Of a stretch of DNA of 64,000 nucleotides, positions 22,478 through 33,981 are shown one piece after another (the first letter of the stretch is position 1; each line of letters opens with the position of its first letter). The DNA comes from Phyllosticta citribraziliensis (Eukaryota). The translations under genes and the position numbers were made by a program. The stretch lies in the NCBI RefSeq assembly GCF_038025025.1, contig NW_027117349.1:1116001-1180000 (forward strand). The letters are read 5' to 3'. The notes under the pieces were generated by a model. It saw only the letters and a program-made list of their open reading frames with translations. It was not told where the DNA came from and ran no database searches.

Positions 22478-24245
22478 ATGCTCCTCAACGAAGCCTTCCT
22501 CTTCCTGCAGCGCTACTGGCCCTGGGTGCTGGCCGGCTCACTGCTCGCGAAACTGCTCTACAATAAATTCTACAATGGCCTGCACAAGTACCCGGGCCCC
22601 GCGCTGGCCGCGTACACGGACTGGTGGCGGCTCTTCGACGTCTGGGGCCGCCAGGCACACATGACGCACATCGCACTGCACCGGCAGCATGGCGACATCG
22701 TGCGGCTAGGGCCCGGCGTGCTGTCGTTCGCGGACCCAAAAGCCATCAAAGTGATATACGGGCTGAACAAGGGCATGATCAAGGCGAGTGTGACCCTCTC
22801 CTGCGCGCGAAAGCTCCACCAGCCAACGCCGTTCTAACATGGAGGACAGTCCGACTTCTACCCCATCCAGCAAGCCACGGCCAAGGGCCGGCGCCTCTGG
22901 TCGCTCTTCTCGACGACCGACGAGGACTGGCACGCCAAGTACCGGCGCTGCATCAACGGCTACTTCGCCATGAGCGCGCTCAAGTCGTACGAGCCGCTGG
23001 TCGACTCGACCGTCGACTTCTACCTCGAGCAGACGGAGCGCTTCTACGCCGCCACGGGCAAGACGTGCAACTTCAACCGCTGGCTGCAGTTTTTCGCCTT
23101 CGACGTCATTGGCGAACTGACCTGGAACAAGCGACTGGGCTACGTCGAGAAGGATGTCGATATTGATAGTATTGTTACGGTGCTTGGTGACTTTTTGAGT
23201 TACTGTGCTGTGGTGAGTTTGACTTCTAAGACGTAATAAGTTCGTTTTGTTGGTTTCGATGCTGACAAGATCACTCTAGGTGGGCCAACAACCCTGGCTC
23301 GACCTCCTCATCAACAAGAACCCCATCAAAATGCTGCTGCAGCGCTGGGGCCTCGTCGGCAAGGTCTTCCCCATCACCAAGTTCGCGCTCGAACGGCAAG
23401 CCGAGCGCGCCGCCGAAGTCGAAAAGATCAAGCTGCATGGCCTCCCCGACTCGACCGACAAGCAGAGCGGCGTCGACCTGCTGAGCAAATTCACGGCCTC
23501 CATCTACGAGCATCCGGAATTCATGACCGACGACAAGGCCCTGGCGGCGTCCATCAGCATGGTCTTTGCCGGCTCCGAAACGACCGGCATCAGCCTGAGC
23601 GCCGCGTTTTACTACCTGCTTAAGAATCCGCGTGTGTACCAGAAGCTGATGGCAGAGCTGGACGAGGCCGTTGGCAATGGCACTATCGTCGACCGCGAAA
23701 ACGGCACCGTCACGTGGGCCGAAGCGCAGAAGCTGCCGTACCTTGACGCCGTCATCCAGGAGAGCTTCCGGCTGCATCCCGCCGCGGGCCTGATCCTCGA
23801 GCGCGTGGTCCCGCCCCAGGGCATCACCGTGTGCGGCGAGTTCATCCCCGGCGGCACGATTGTCGGCTGCAACGGCTGGGTCATCCACCGCCGGCCGGAG
23901 ATCTTTGGCGCCGACGTCGACACGTATCGCCCGGAGCGCTGGCTCGAGACGAGCCCCGAGCAGCTGCGCGACATGAAGGCGTCCATGTTCCAATTCGGCG
24001 GCGGATCGCGGACGTGTTTGGGCAAGAACATCAGTCTGTTGGAGATGTACAAGCTGATTCCGAGTTTCCTGCGGCGCTTTGAGGTAATCCCCCTTTCCCC
24101 CTACTGTATGATGCAGTGTTGACGGCGACGACAGGTTGAGCTGGAAGACCCCTCCAAGCCTTGGAAGTGCGAGAATCACTGGTTTGTCCGCCAGGTTGAG
24201 TTCAACGCCAAATTTAAGCCGCGCCAGCTCCATGCGACTGTTTGA
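22478..24245 (+). CDS. Cytochrome P450, pisatin-demethylase-like, 4 exons
   Basis: N-terminal anchor then YPGP; I-helix AGSETT; ExxR (ESFR); PERW; heme motif FGGGSRTCLG. Introns at 22784-22849 (GC-AG), ~23213-23279 and ~24084-24134. Confidence 0.95.
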
Positions 24246-24662
24246 CTAGAGGATTGGGATCATGTGTAGCCAATATGGCATGAGGCGAGGCGTAGGGCGT
24301 TGACAGGCTTTTGATCTTTTCTTTTCGACAACTCCAGACTGCGTATTGGTAGAGACGGATCGGTTGGTCTTAAAGACGTTATATTCCCAACAAGAATTTT
24401 TCATGTTTCATCGTTTTCGTCTTGGAGAGGCCGTCGAATTATGGGCTTGCTTGTGTGACTGTGGAAGCATTCGGTACTGCGTGAAGCTCGCTGCATTGGC
24501 TTGACTGCACCTTCTTGTCCTGCAACCGATGTCGGTATGATGGACAGAGCGCCGCTAGATCATCGGGAACATCAGGGCATACCGAACGAACAACTGTACC
24601 TTGACTATCCCGGTCCACGCTCTTTGAACACCCCAACATACCATCCTGATCTGATTTCTGTC

Positions 24663-26008
24663 ATGACTTCAACTTCCATGGCTGAAGCTGCTTTGGAGGC
24701 GGCCAGGGCGCGGTTCACAGCACGCAACCCAAACTCGAAAAGGATTCACGACGATGCCACCGGGAGCCTTCCCGGCGGCAACACGCGATCAGTGCTGCAC
24801 ACCGCGCCGTTCCCGGTCGCGATGAAGAGCGGAAAAGGATGTCACGTGGTGGACGAGGACGACCACGAGTGAGTCCCGACCTACCTGGCTGTCCAATCGA
24901 AAGGCAAACTAAAGAGTCGCACAGATACGTCGACTTTGTGGGAGAGTTCACAGCAGGGCTGTACGGGCACTCGCAGCCCATCATCGTCGAGACGCTGCAC
25001 AGGACGATTGAGCAAGTTGGTCTCAACCTGGGTGCGTGCACGGCGCAGGAGGTGCAGTACGCGAAGCTGCTGTGCGAACGCTTCAGTCTGGACCGCGTCC
25101 GGTTCTGCAATTCGGGCACCGAGGCCAATCTGCACGCGCTGGCTGCCGCACGCCGCTCGACCGGCAGGAAAAAAGTCGTCGTGTTTGAGGGCGGCTACCA
25201 CGGCGCGGTGTTGAGTTTTGGACACGGCGTCGCGGCCAACAACGTCGATGCGAGCGACTGGGTCCTGGCGAAGTACAACGATGCCGACTCAGCGCGCGCC
25301 GCGATTGCAGAGACGGCAGATGTGGCGGCCGTGTTGGTCGAGGGCATGCAAGGTGCTGGTGGATGCATTCCCGCGAGGCAAGACTTTCTGATCGCCGTGC
25401 AAGAGGCGGCGACGAAAGTTGGCGCCATCTTCATTCTCGACGAGGTGATGACATCGCGGCTTGCGCCTGGGGGGCTGCAGAGCATGATGGGCCTGTCGCC
25501 GGATCTGACGACCTTGGGCAAGTACCTGGGTGGAGGGCTGGCGTTTGGCGCATTTGGCGGGAGAGAACATGTCATGAGGGTCTATGATCCGCGCGAACGG
25601 GACGCGTTGGCTCATTCGGGGACGTTTAATAACAACACGTTGGCCATGCATGCTGGGTTCGCAGGCCTGTCGCGTGTCTACACTCCAGAGGCGAGTGAAT
25701 CGCTGACCAGGGTTGGCGAGGACTTGCTCAGACGACTGAGAACCGTTACTCAGGGCACCAAGGCGACGTTTACGGGCATGGGATCCATCATGTCGTTGCA
25801 TATTACAGACTCGGGTATTTGTGACGCGGGAGAGAGGGAGGACCTGAAGGAGCTGTTTTGGTTGGAGATGATGGAGAGCGGGTTCTGGATCACGCGGAGG
25901 GGGATGCTGGCGTTGATTTTGGACACGCCGCAAGCCGACCTGGATAGGTTTGTCGACACAGTTTCGGCATTTCTGCAGCGGCACGGCGAGCTTCTGGCGG
26001 TGGCGTGA
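24663..26008 (+). CDS. Class III PLP aminotransferase (GSA-aminomutase-like / beta-amino acid transaminase-like), 2 exons
   Basis: LPGGNTRSVL, YVDFVGEFTAGLYGHS, FCNSGTEAN, GGYHG, DEVMTSR, LTTLGKYLGGG (PLP lysine), HSGTFNNN. Intron ~24869-24925; alternative ATG at 24678. Confidence 0.92.
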
Positions 26009-26229
26009 AGAGTCAAGGAGACGCCCTTGGATCCGACGGTTGAGCGGAATGGGCCATGTTTGACAACTTGGCGAAACAAACAAACAAATTACCGGATTTG
26101 GAAGTTGACGTGTGGACGAGGGTGGCGAGTTTGAGGATGGAGAAGGCTGTTCAGTTGGATGGATTGATGCGGAGGCGTGGGATTGTTGTTGTGATGAGCG
26201 TGAGGAAGAGTACATGAACCTACGTAGAG

Positions 26230-26535
26230 CGCGTAAGGGTGGGTCTTGCACGTTCTCTCGTCGCGTCTGGTCTGGTCTGGTCCCCGCTTGGCGCGAAGCT
26301 GTCGCTCGTGCCCGGACCAGGCGCCATCCGACGTACTGGACTGCACTGCACCTCCGCTCGGCCTCGACTCCACGCCGCAACAATATCAACATCGCGTCGC
26401 GCCTCTTCCCGCCCACCTTTTCGATCCGGCACCGCTATTCTTCATCGCCAGCCTCCGTTGCTTCTCGCCCGCATTCTTTCCCCTATCCCCTCGCCCAATC
26501 GGCCTGCATATTCTCGCCCGTCGTCCCAAACGCGT
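26230..26535. promoter_or_regulatory. Cluster of MCB/SCB-like elements upstream of the Nrm1/Whi5-like gene
   Basis: CGCGT at 26230, 26262 and 26393; CGCGAA at 26292; ACGCGT at 26530. Confidence 0.4.
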
Positions 26536-26544
26536 CCCTGCATC

Positions 26545-27822
26545 ATGTCGACGCCCACCACGAATAGAAGGGTCCTATTAGACACGACCAAGCCCGACAG
26601 GCACGCCACCACGCCCTCCAAGACGCCCGGCCGCCGCGTGCTCGGGGAGCTTGCTTCCAACGCGAATATCACGCCCCAAAAGTCCACCATCACGTCTGGC
26701 AAGACCCAGGCGCCGCTCAGCCCCAGTCCGCGCAAACCGAGCCGTACTTTCACCACGATCCAGGATGAAAACAACCACGGCAACCTGCAAGAGGCGCATT
26801 TGAAGTCGAGAAAGAGGTCTATCCACGAAGTCGAAGGCGCTCTCGCGCGCGAAGACGCGATCGGGTCTCCTGCGAAGCGTGTAGCAGGACGCGCCGACTT
26901 GACCAAGACCTCCAAACCTCCAATACATGTGCGACCCGACTCTACTGCTATCACTAGTGTATGTGCTGCGCTCTTGTAATGGCAGCGTTGTGCTAACCCC
27001 GCGTTTGCAGACGATGCCCGCCATTGACCTCCAGCCCGCATCTCCAGCCAAGGGCTCGCCCGAACCCACACCCCAAAACACACAAGAGACCGTGGGCAAC
27101 AAGTCATTTTCATCATTGATTGACTACACTGCCGCCGCGTCGCCAAAGCTACAAACCTCGTCGCCGCCCGAACCTGCAGAGACGCGCGTCAAAACAGTAC
27201 GTGCACTTGCAGTTCCTGTCGCGCAACACCAATTGACATTCAACAGCAGGCCGAGACACTCCGCCTGCGCCTGCGCGCTGCCCTCTACAAAGTCAAGACG
27301 GATCAGATCTTTATTCCTCTCGGCAACCTCGAGATTCCCGAACAATACCAGCGCAGAGCAGAAGCAACCGACGTCGCGTCAACCGGCCAGCAAACGCCAC
27401 CACAGTCGCAACCCGAACCAGACACCACCGAGACCGTGACGACAGATAGCGCCAACTCCAGCGCCACTGCTCTCAAGCTCCTTCCCGCTCCGCTCCTTCG
27501 CCCGACAGCCTACTCGACCCGCTTCATCGAGGCGCCGCACCTCCCGTCCTCCCCTCCCGCCACCGCTCTCGACAACAACGACGACGACGACGCCACGCCT
27601 CGCCCGACGACGCCGCAGCATGAAGCAGATCCCACCACGCCGATTGCACGGCACGCGTCTGTGCCAGCACAGCTCAGCAGCCCGCCGGGAAGCGGGAGCG
27701 TAGACGACGACGATGTCGCCGCCGCCGAGGCAAGAGGCGCGGCGACGGAGGGCGAGCTGACGAGCAGCGTGCGCAAGGGGCGCGCGGCGAGCGGTTTGCT
27801 CGAGCTGATGCGCTCGGCGTGA
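26545..27822 (+). CDS. NRM1: Whi5/Nrm1-family G1/S transcriptional repressor, 3 exons
   Basis: D-box-like RRVLGELASN; several S/T-P-x-K/R sites; Whi5-type motif AETLRLRLRAALYKVKTDQ after splicing (introns ~26959-27010 and ~27197-27249); C-terminal AASGLLELM. Confidence 0.78.
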
Positions 27823-28268
27823 GGGCCGTCTACCAGGGTCTGGATGGTGTTTGGCGTACAGGGAAAGGCTCACGTTTCGCACGCTGGGCGGTGGCATGAT
27901 CGGATGCTTGGGCAACGGTTGCACATTAAAAGAGGCGGACTGGCTGGCTGGCGGGCGGGCAGGCGGGCGTTGGGTGCGGTGCATGCTGTCCTGATCTTTT
28001 GGTCCTCTGGCTGTCTTTTCTCGCCTTCTTTTCCTTCGTTCTTTTCTCTCTCTTCGGTACTCATCTATCCGTCTATTCATCTATTTGCATGTCTGCATGT
28101 TCGCTTGTTTGCATGCCGTTTCTCAGGCCTCACATGTCATGTCATGTCATAGACATCACGGTAGGCGTTGAAAGAATCGATTCTCCCCATCTTGCATCTT
28201 ACATCTCAAACCGCGGCGGCGAGGCACCTAGCAGATGGCATGCGGCTCAGTCGTCGCTTCTGCCACGC

Positions 28269-28271
<3 letters not shown>

Positions 28272-28302
<31 letters not shown>
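28272..28302. repeat. (GCT)n microsatellite
   Basis: About 10 tandem GCT units. Confidence 0.9.
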
Positions 28303-28303
<1 letters not shown>

Positions 28304-28522
28304 GGTGGGGTGTTTGTGGTGCCTGTGTGGGGAGATGATGTTGATGCTGCGTAGCCACATACGTACATAAATGCATCTGTATGGACACCTTTCCCCACCA
28401 TTTACAATCACCCCGTGGCGAGCGCAGCGAGAGGAAATTTCTTGAACGGTGGTGCGGTAGAAGCAAAGTCGTCAGCCGTTAGGTGTGACCACAAGAGAAG
28501 AAGAGTAAGGACAAGTTGAAGA

Positions 28523-28555
28523 AGAGGAGGAGGAGGAGGAGGAGGAGGAGGAGGA
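28523..28555. repeat. (GAG)n microsatellite
   Basis: About 10 tandem GAG units. Confidence 0.9.
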
Positions 28556-31500
28556 AACAGAAAGGGTGTTTAACTACTCTCCAAGCTGCGGGGTTTTGTT
28601 TGCTGATATGTGCTTTGTAGGACTTGGAAGAGAGTTGTGTATATTTATCTGTATGCAGTATCTGGACATCTGGCGCTCGTGTAGGAATGACTGCAGATAT
28701 AGTAGAGAAGGGATCGAGTGCTAGAGGAAAAGAGGAGGACAATGCGTGCGGTTCGTCAGTGTCTTAGCTTGGCTCTCCTGCTATTCTCTTCATTAGAGAT
28801 GGGCTAGGCTGCTGCGTGCGTGGTTTCTTGCCAGAGTGTGGAGTGGATTAAGAAGAGTGCAGTTTCTTGCGCGTATGGTGCAACAGTAGCAAAATTGGAT
28901 ACGTAAGAGAAGTAGCGGCCGCCGCTGACATTGGTGGTATACTGCAGTAAGTGCACTGCAACACCGTCTACGTCTACTTGGTCCGTACTGAGCTCGCCGT
29001 CCCAGCCGAGCCCAGCCGTAGTCCTGGAACTGACTGTGAGCTCGCCATCCCGTCCGTCACGCGCCAGGACACAGCCTCCTCACTTTGCCAGTCTGCGCAT
29101 CTAGGTACTGCGTGTCAATATCCTTGCTCACCCACTCGCTGCCCGGTACGAGGAGCAGAGGAGCAAAGGCGCCCACGTGCGCAGCCGCAGACGCAGACGC
29201 GGGACGGAGACGGAGAGACCCGCCGCGGCTACTTTTAGTCGAGCAAGGCAAGCAAGGATGGTCTCGTGTGGTCTTGTGTCGTTCGTCTAGCCGCTGGGCC
29301 GAGGCGAGTTGCAGTGAGGTGTGACTGGTTGCGCAGAGGTACCTACTCGCAGAAGACGAAACGAGTGCGGACGGGGATGAGGAGGAGGAGGAGGTTGGTG
29401 GTGGCGAGGGCGGCGGATCAGATAGCGTACCTGGTTGGTAAGAGATGTTGCGGAGACGAGAGCCTGCGTCACGCGGTGGGCGGGAGAAATAGGGAGGATG
29501 GGCCGGGGTAGAGCACGGCACCTCATCATGGGAATGTGGTGTGGAGTCATGATGGCTGCGCTGGGGGGAGGGAGGGAAAGAGAGGACTTACCTCTTATTG
29601 TGGTTCTGGTTAGCTTGCTGAAGGCACACTTCTTGTTAGTTTCGCAAAGCATGCCAATGCAAGGCTGCTCTCTTCTTCACTGGACTTTGACCATATCGAC
29701 AAACCAACGGCCATTTCGACCGAACGAACGTGGTTACGCAGACGATTCTCGCGTTGGTTGCCGTCCAGGCACGCCGCAGCGCGCAACAGCGAACATCCCA
29801 CCACAGCGTTGCGCGTGCCTGGCCGCTCACCTCATTACCCTACCGCATGCGTGCCGCGTAGCACGACAGGTACGGCACGTATTCCAGCCAGAGATTCGAC
29901 ACGCGAGATACCCAGGCGGGACGGGCGGGTGTTCCTAGATGCCAAGGGTGAGCGTCGACCGGGATCCAGGACCGCGGGCGTGCTCAATTTGCGCGCCTTC
30001 CGTACTCAAGAGTAACCAGCCATTCACACCACCGGGGGGCTGGGGGAGGGGGAGTGGGAAGATTGCCGCGAGGTGTGGTCGACACTGGTCATGATGTGGT
30101 GCGCCCCGTGGTTGGTGGGATGCAGCGAGCTTTGGTGCAGTGGGTTGGCAGATGCCTGTTTGAGCGAGCATGCGCTTTGAAGAATTCCAGCAGATTGGTG
30201 CATCGTAGACCAAGGCTTTCGTTGCTGCGTCGAGGCGCATGGGCGCCATCAACTTGACTCTGCGTCAACCACCCAACCGTTCTTCTTTTGCGCCTGGTGA
30301 AGGTTTTGGCGCAGAGTTGACGGACTGACTTGGTGAAGGTTCTGCACCCGTCGAGCTGGAAGATTGGATTGTTTCGTCGTCGAGCGAAGGTTGAGAGTGG
30401 ACCGGGGCTGAAGATGGACGGCAGAGAGAACATGGCATGACTGTCTGCCATTTCATGTGAGCTTGTCGTCGAAGAGGCTCCCGCTGAATGTTGTTTTTGC
30501 GATCCCTGTCCCCCACACCTGCGTCGACCGTCTCTGCGGCCCCCGCCCGCTGTCGGCTCCGCGCGCAACAAGTCCCACGCGTGCCAACTCGCAGCCCCGC
30601 GTTTTCGTCACGGCGGCCTCGGTGCTGCTGACATTCGGCGAGGTCCGAGTCCGAATGTTGGCTCGGGTTTGCTGGGCCTGGGGGCAGTCGAGCAGTGGGG
30701 AGAAAGCTACTGTAGCTCTCCGGCCAAGGCGCATGCAAGCACCGCAGCCGACGAGCCGGCCGCCCGTGACTAAAACCTTGAGCTCATGGTGCCGCCGCGC
30801 AAGGTGCAGTCCTGCGCTTACATAAAAAAGGCGGCCGTTGGGGATTTTCGCCCTGTGTCATGGCAAAGCTTGAGGGCTATTTCGAGCCCAACGCCAACGG
30901 CAGCACGCGAGCACAGGAATTGTGTCGCAACTTCAAACGTCTACGCCCGCGCCTATGTGCTAACTGTTACGTGATGGCCGTCGCTAGTTGCTCGGGCGAT
31001 GGACATGAAGACGCTTGCGGCAACTCGATGTGCAGTGGCGAAAGACGACGAAAAATGGAGCAGGGATGCAAAGACGAGTCGGTTTTGGGTTTGCAAGTCG
31101 CCAGGTTTGGGAATGGCGAGGCCGCCAGCCAAGATGGTTGTACCTGTCGAGGCGTGGTGGTGAAAAAGCAGTGGTTGGTCAGGTGCCTGGGCTTTGTTGA
31201 TGTCGTCGTCGTGGTCGCGACGGCCCTTGGGGTTTCACCTTGACGACGGCGAGGAGGCGGCGAATGGTGGTGTTGTACCTCGACGGGCTTGACTCGAAGA
31301 GTCGAAGAGGCGGTCGAAGAGGCGGTCGAAGAGGGGCGGTCAGGCCACGTTGTTGCTGGAGCGTTGCTTTTGATGGTTTGTTTTGCGGTCGGCAATTGAA
31401 GGCGAGGGAGGGCGTGGGCGCGGGCGACTTGACCGAGTGGTGATGGTGATGGTGACGGTGACGGTGGAGACGTCCTGTGCGGAGCGGGCCGTGAGGTGTG

Positions 31501-32106
31501 GAGTGGTGAAGAGATGGATGGTGTTTTCACCCCACGCGTGCCCAACGATCCAGGAACCGTCGCCACGTCGGTCGCGGAGCAGGGGACCCGCCGCTGCACA
31601 AGATGAGCGAACCGCCAGGCCGTGGGGTGCGTGACGATAAGCACCGAATCAACTGGCCCTCCGACACCACATGGACACTGGCAATCCCGCGCCTGATAGA
31701 TCCCTTATCTTGACAAACACCTGTCCCTGCAACACCCTGGACCGGACGACTCCATCCTTGACCCGGCTCCCGACTTTGTTTGTGTCCCTCCCTTCCATTT
31801 CCCTTATTTCCTCGCCTCTGCCGCCACTGCGCACCCCAGGATCGTCCTCCACGACCGACGCTCTTTTCTTCTGCGCACTGGCTCTCTCTTGCTTCCATCG
31901 CCGTCTTATCTAGCTTTGTCCATGTATGTACTTGAGACCGTGCTTACCATGGCTGACTCTGACTGACCTCCCCGTCACAGACTTTGCAACATTTGTGCTC
32001 TCATGAGTCGCAACAACCCGTCGCATTCTGCTCGATAGCAATTCTCAAATGTCCTTGATTCCCTCCGTGGAGCACTCGGAAGGGATCCGCATCAACCGCT
32101 TCGCTC

Positions 32107-33981
32107 ATGTTCCCTAACTCCACCCAAGGCTTGGTTCATCTCCAGCGCAACCCTCCGCCCAAGCCCGAAGCTGATCTGCCTCGAGGCGAATGCCGCCATG
32201 TCCAACGGACCGGCGGCTACGACACTCCATGGAGCCGCGGCCAGCGCTGCTTCTGTCAGGGCTTTTCGCTGGACAAGCAACAGGTCGTGGGGACTACTTG
32301 CGAGTGCGGGCACCCGGCATGGACCCACGTACAGCAGCCCATGGGCGTTGTGACGTACGAGGAACACGAGGCTTTGGCGGAGGAAGTGCGCCGTTTCAAA
32401 GACGACTACTACACCAACTACCAATCGCTGCGAAACGAACTGGCCAGGACTCAGCAGGAACTGATGGAGCAGAGGGCAGTAAACAATGAAAGAGAACGCG
32501 TGTTCAAGTTCCTAGAGGCGCGAATGTATCAAAACATGAAAGACTTGAAGATTATTCTGGACGACAAGCTGGACGGGGTTATAGACCAACAGCACGCCTT
32601 TCAGCGGAAACTGATGGAGGTCGAGGACACCACCATGGAGCACGACGAAAGACTGGAAAAGCTTTTGCGTGCAGCAGACCGCACTTCGCGCGAGATTACA
32701 CCAACGGCCAACGCGACAGACGATCAGTCCATGGAGACGGATGAGTACCCGGAGAAGGCAGGCTTGTCGTGGTCCGTCAAGGTGGTCATGACGCTCCGCA
32801 AATCTCAAAAGTTTGCCTACGACGTGGACAGCACGGCATACCGGAGGCTGCAATCGCGCAACCTCGTCAAGGATTTGACGTTTGCTGGACGCGACAGCAT
32901 ATCTTTCCATACGGTCATCGAAAAGAACTTTGGAGATGTCCTTAGACGGCGACCATGGGTGCCATTGATAGGATATCGCACGCCACACGACCTCTTCGGG
33001 CGGATTTCCCTCAAACAGCTTCCGCTAGATCACACTTACGGACAGCTTTGGGATTATTTCTTCTTGGACCACCACTGCATTGTTCATGACAAGATGCAAG
33101 GCGACATTTTGCACATTGCGCTTCGCGACACCGAGCTCAGCTGGTCAGAGATCAAGTCGCTTCCGTGTGTCTTCGGCTTCCACGAGTCCTCATGGGCCTA
33201 CGACACGGAGCTCGACGGGCCCCTCAAATTCCTCCAACCACCAACTCCCGCTCGAGCACCGTCATCTGCGAGTGGGAAATCCGAAGTCAGCGACTTTGTG
33301 TACGACTACTCCCCGAGTCCTCCGCCTTATACCTCACAACGCAACACCATGGATCCCGACGCCATCACGCCGGTGCCACTCGAGAACGGCTTCCAAAGCC
33401 CTCTTGACATGCTGGCGCAAGCCTCGGCGACCATCTCCCCCTCCATTACGGAATCGTTCCCACTGCCACTCAGTAAGCAGCAGTCACACGCACCGTCGCT
33501 GCGCAGTATGGCGTCCGACTCGACCGACGACGTCGACAGCGAGCGCTCGCACCGCAACAAGATCCGCAAGCTGCGGCCCAAGTTGTCGGAGCCGTTCATG
33601 AGCAGCCGGCACCACCAAGACACCAGCAACGGCACGGCGCAGAACCTCTCGCACCCAAATCTCCCCATTGGCAATGGTTCCTCTGCCCCTGCGTCTTACC
33701 ACAACTCCAACGGCCACTCTCCAACGGCCACTCATCAACACGGTAAGATGCGCTCGCACGCCACGACCAGCAGCGGCAGCAGTGGCAGCACGAGTGCTAG
33801 CAGCGGCTCGACCAACGGCTCTGCGTCCACTGCGCCGCCGCAGGCCCAGCAGCAGACGTACTACTCTGGCCGCAGCAAGCGCAAGATGCCGGTGCGTGAG
33901 AAGCAAAAGGAGCCGCTGCAGTTCAAGCTGCCGAGTTTGCTGCACCACCGGAGTAACCGGAGCCAGGAGGAGGCGGCGTGA
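32107..33981 (+). CDS. Uncharacterised 624-aa protein with N-terminal Cys/His cluster, coiled coil and disordered tail
   Basis: Long uninterrupted ORF with coding-like composition; CRH...CFCQGF...CECGHPAWTH; E/K/L-rich helical segment; PPPY motif; basic C-terminal patch RSKRK. Confidence 0.85.
   Translation: MFPNSTQGLVHLQRNPPPKPEADLPRGECRHVQRTGGYDTPWSRGQRCFCQGFSLDKQQVVGTTCECGHPAWTHVQQPMGVVTYEEHEALAEEVRRFKDDYYTNYQSLRNELARTQQELMEQRAVNNERERVFKFLEARMYQNMKDLKIILDDKLDGVIDQQHAFQRKLMEVEDTTMEHDERLEKLLRAADRTSREITPTANATDDQSMETDEYPEKAGLSWSVKVVMTLRKSQKFAYDVDSTAYRRLQSRNLVKDLTFAGRDSISFHTVIEKNFGDVLRRRPWVPLIGYRTPHDLFGRISLKQLPLDHTYGQLWDYFFLDHHCIVHDKMQGDILHIALRDTELSWSEIKSLPCVFGFHESSWAYDTELDGPLKFLQPPTPARAPSSASGKSEVSDFVYDYSPSPPPYTSQRNTMDPDAITPVPLENGFQSPLDMLAQASATISPSITESFPLPLSKQQSHAPSLRSMASDSTDDVDSERSHRNKIRKLRPKLSEPFMSSRHHQDTSNGTAQNLSHPNLPIGNGSSAPASYHNSNGHSPTATHQHGKMRSHATTSSGSSGSTSASSGSTNGSASTAPPQAQQQTYYSGRSKRKMPVREKQKEPLQFKLPSLLHHRSNRSQEEAA

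Noticed and set aside
24663..26008. Annotation as hemL (heme C5 pathway)
   Set aside because: Fungi use ALA synthase, and the motifs fit beta-amino acid transaminases better.
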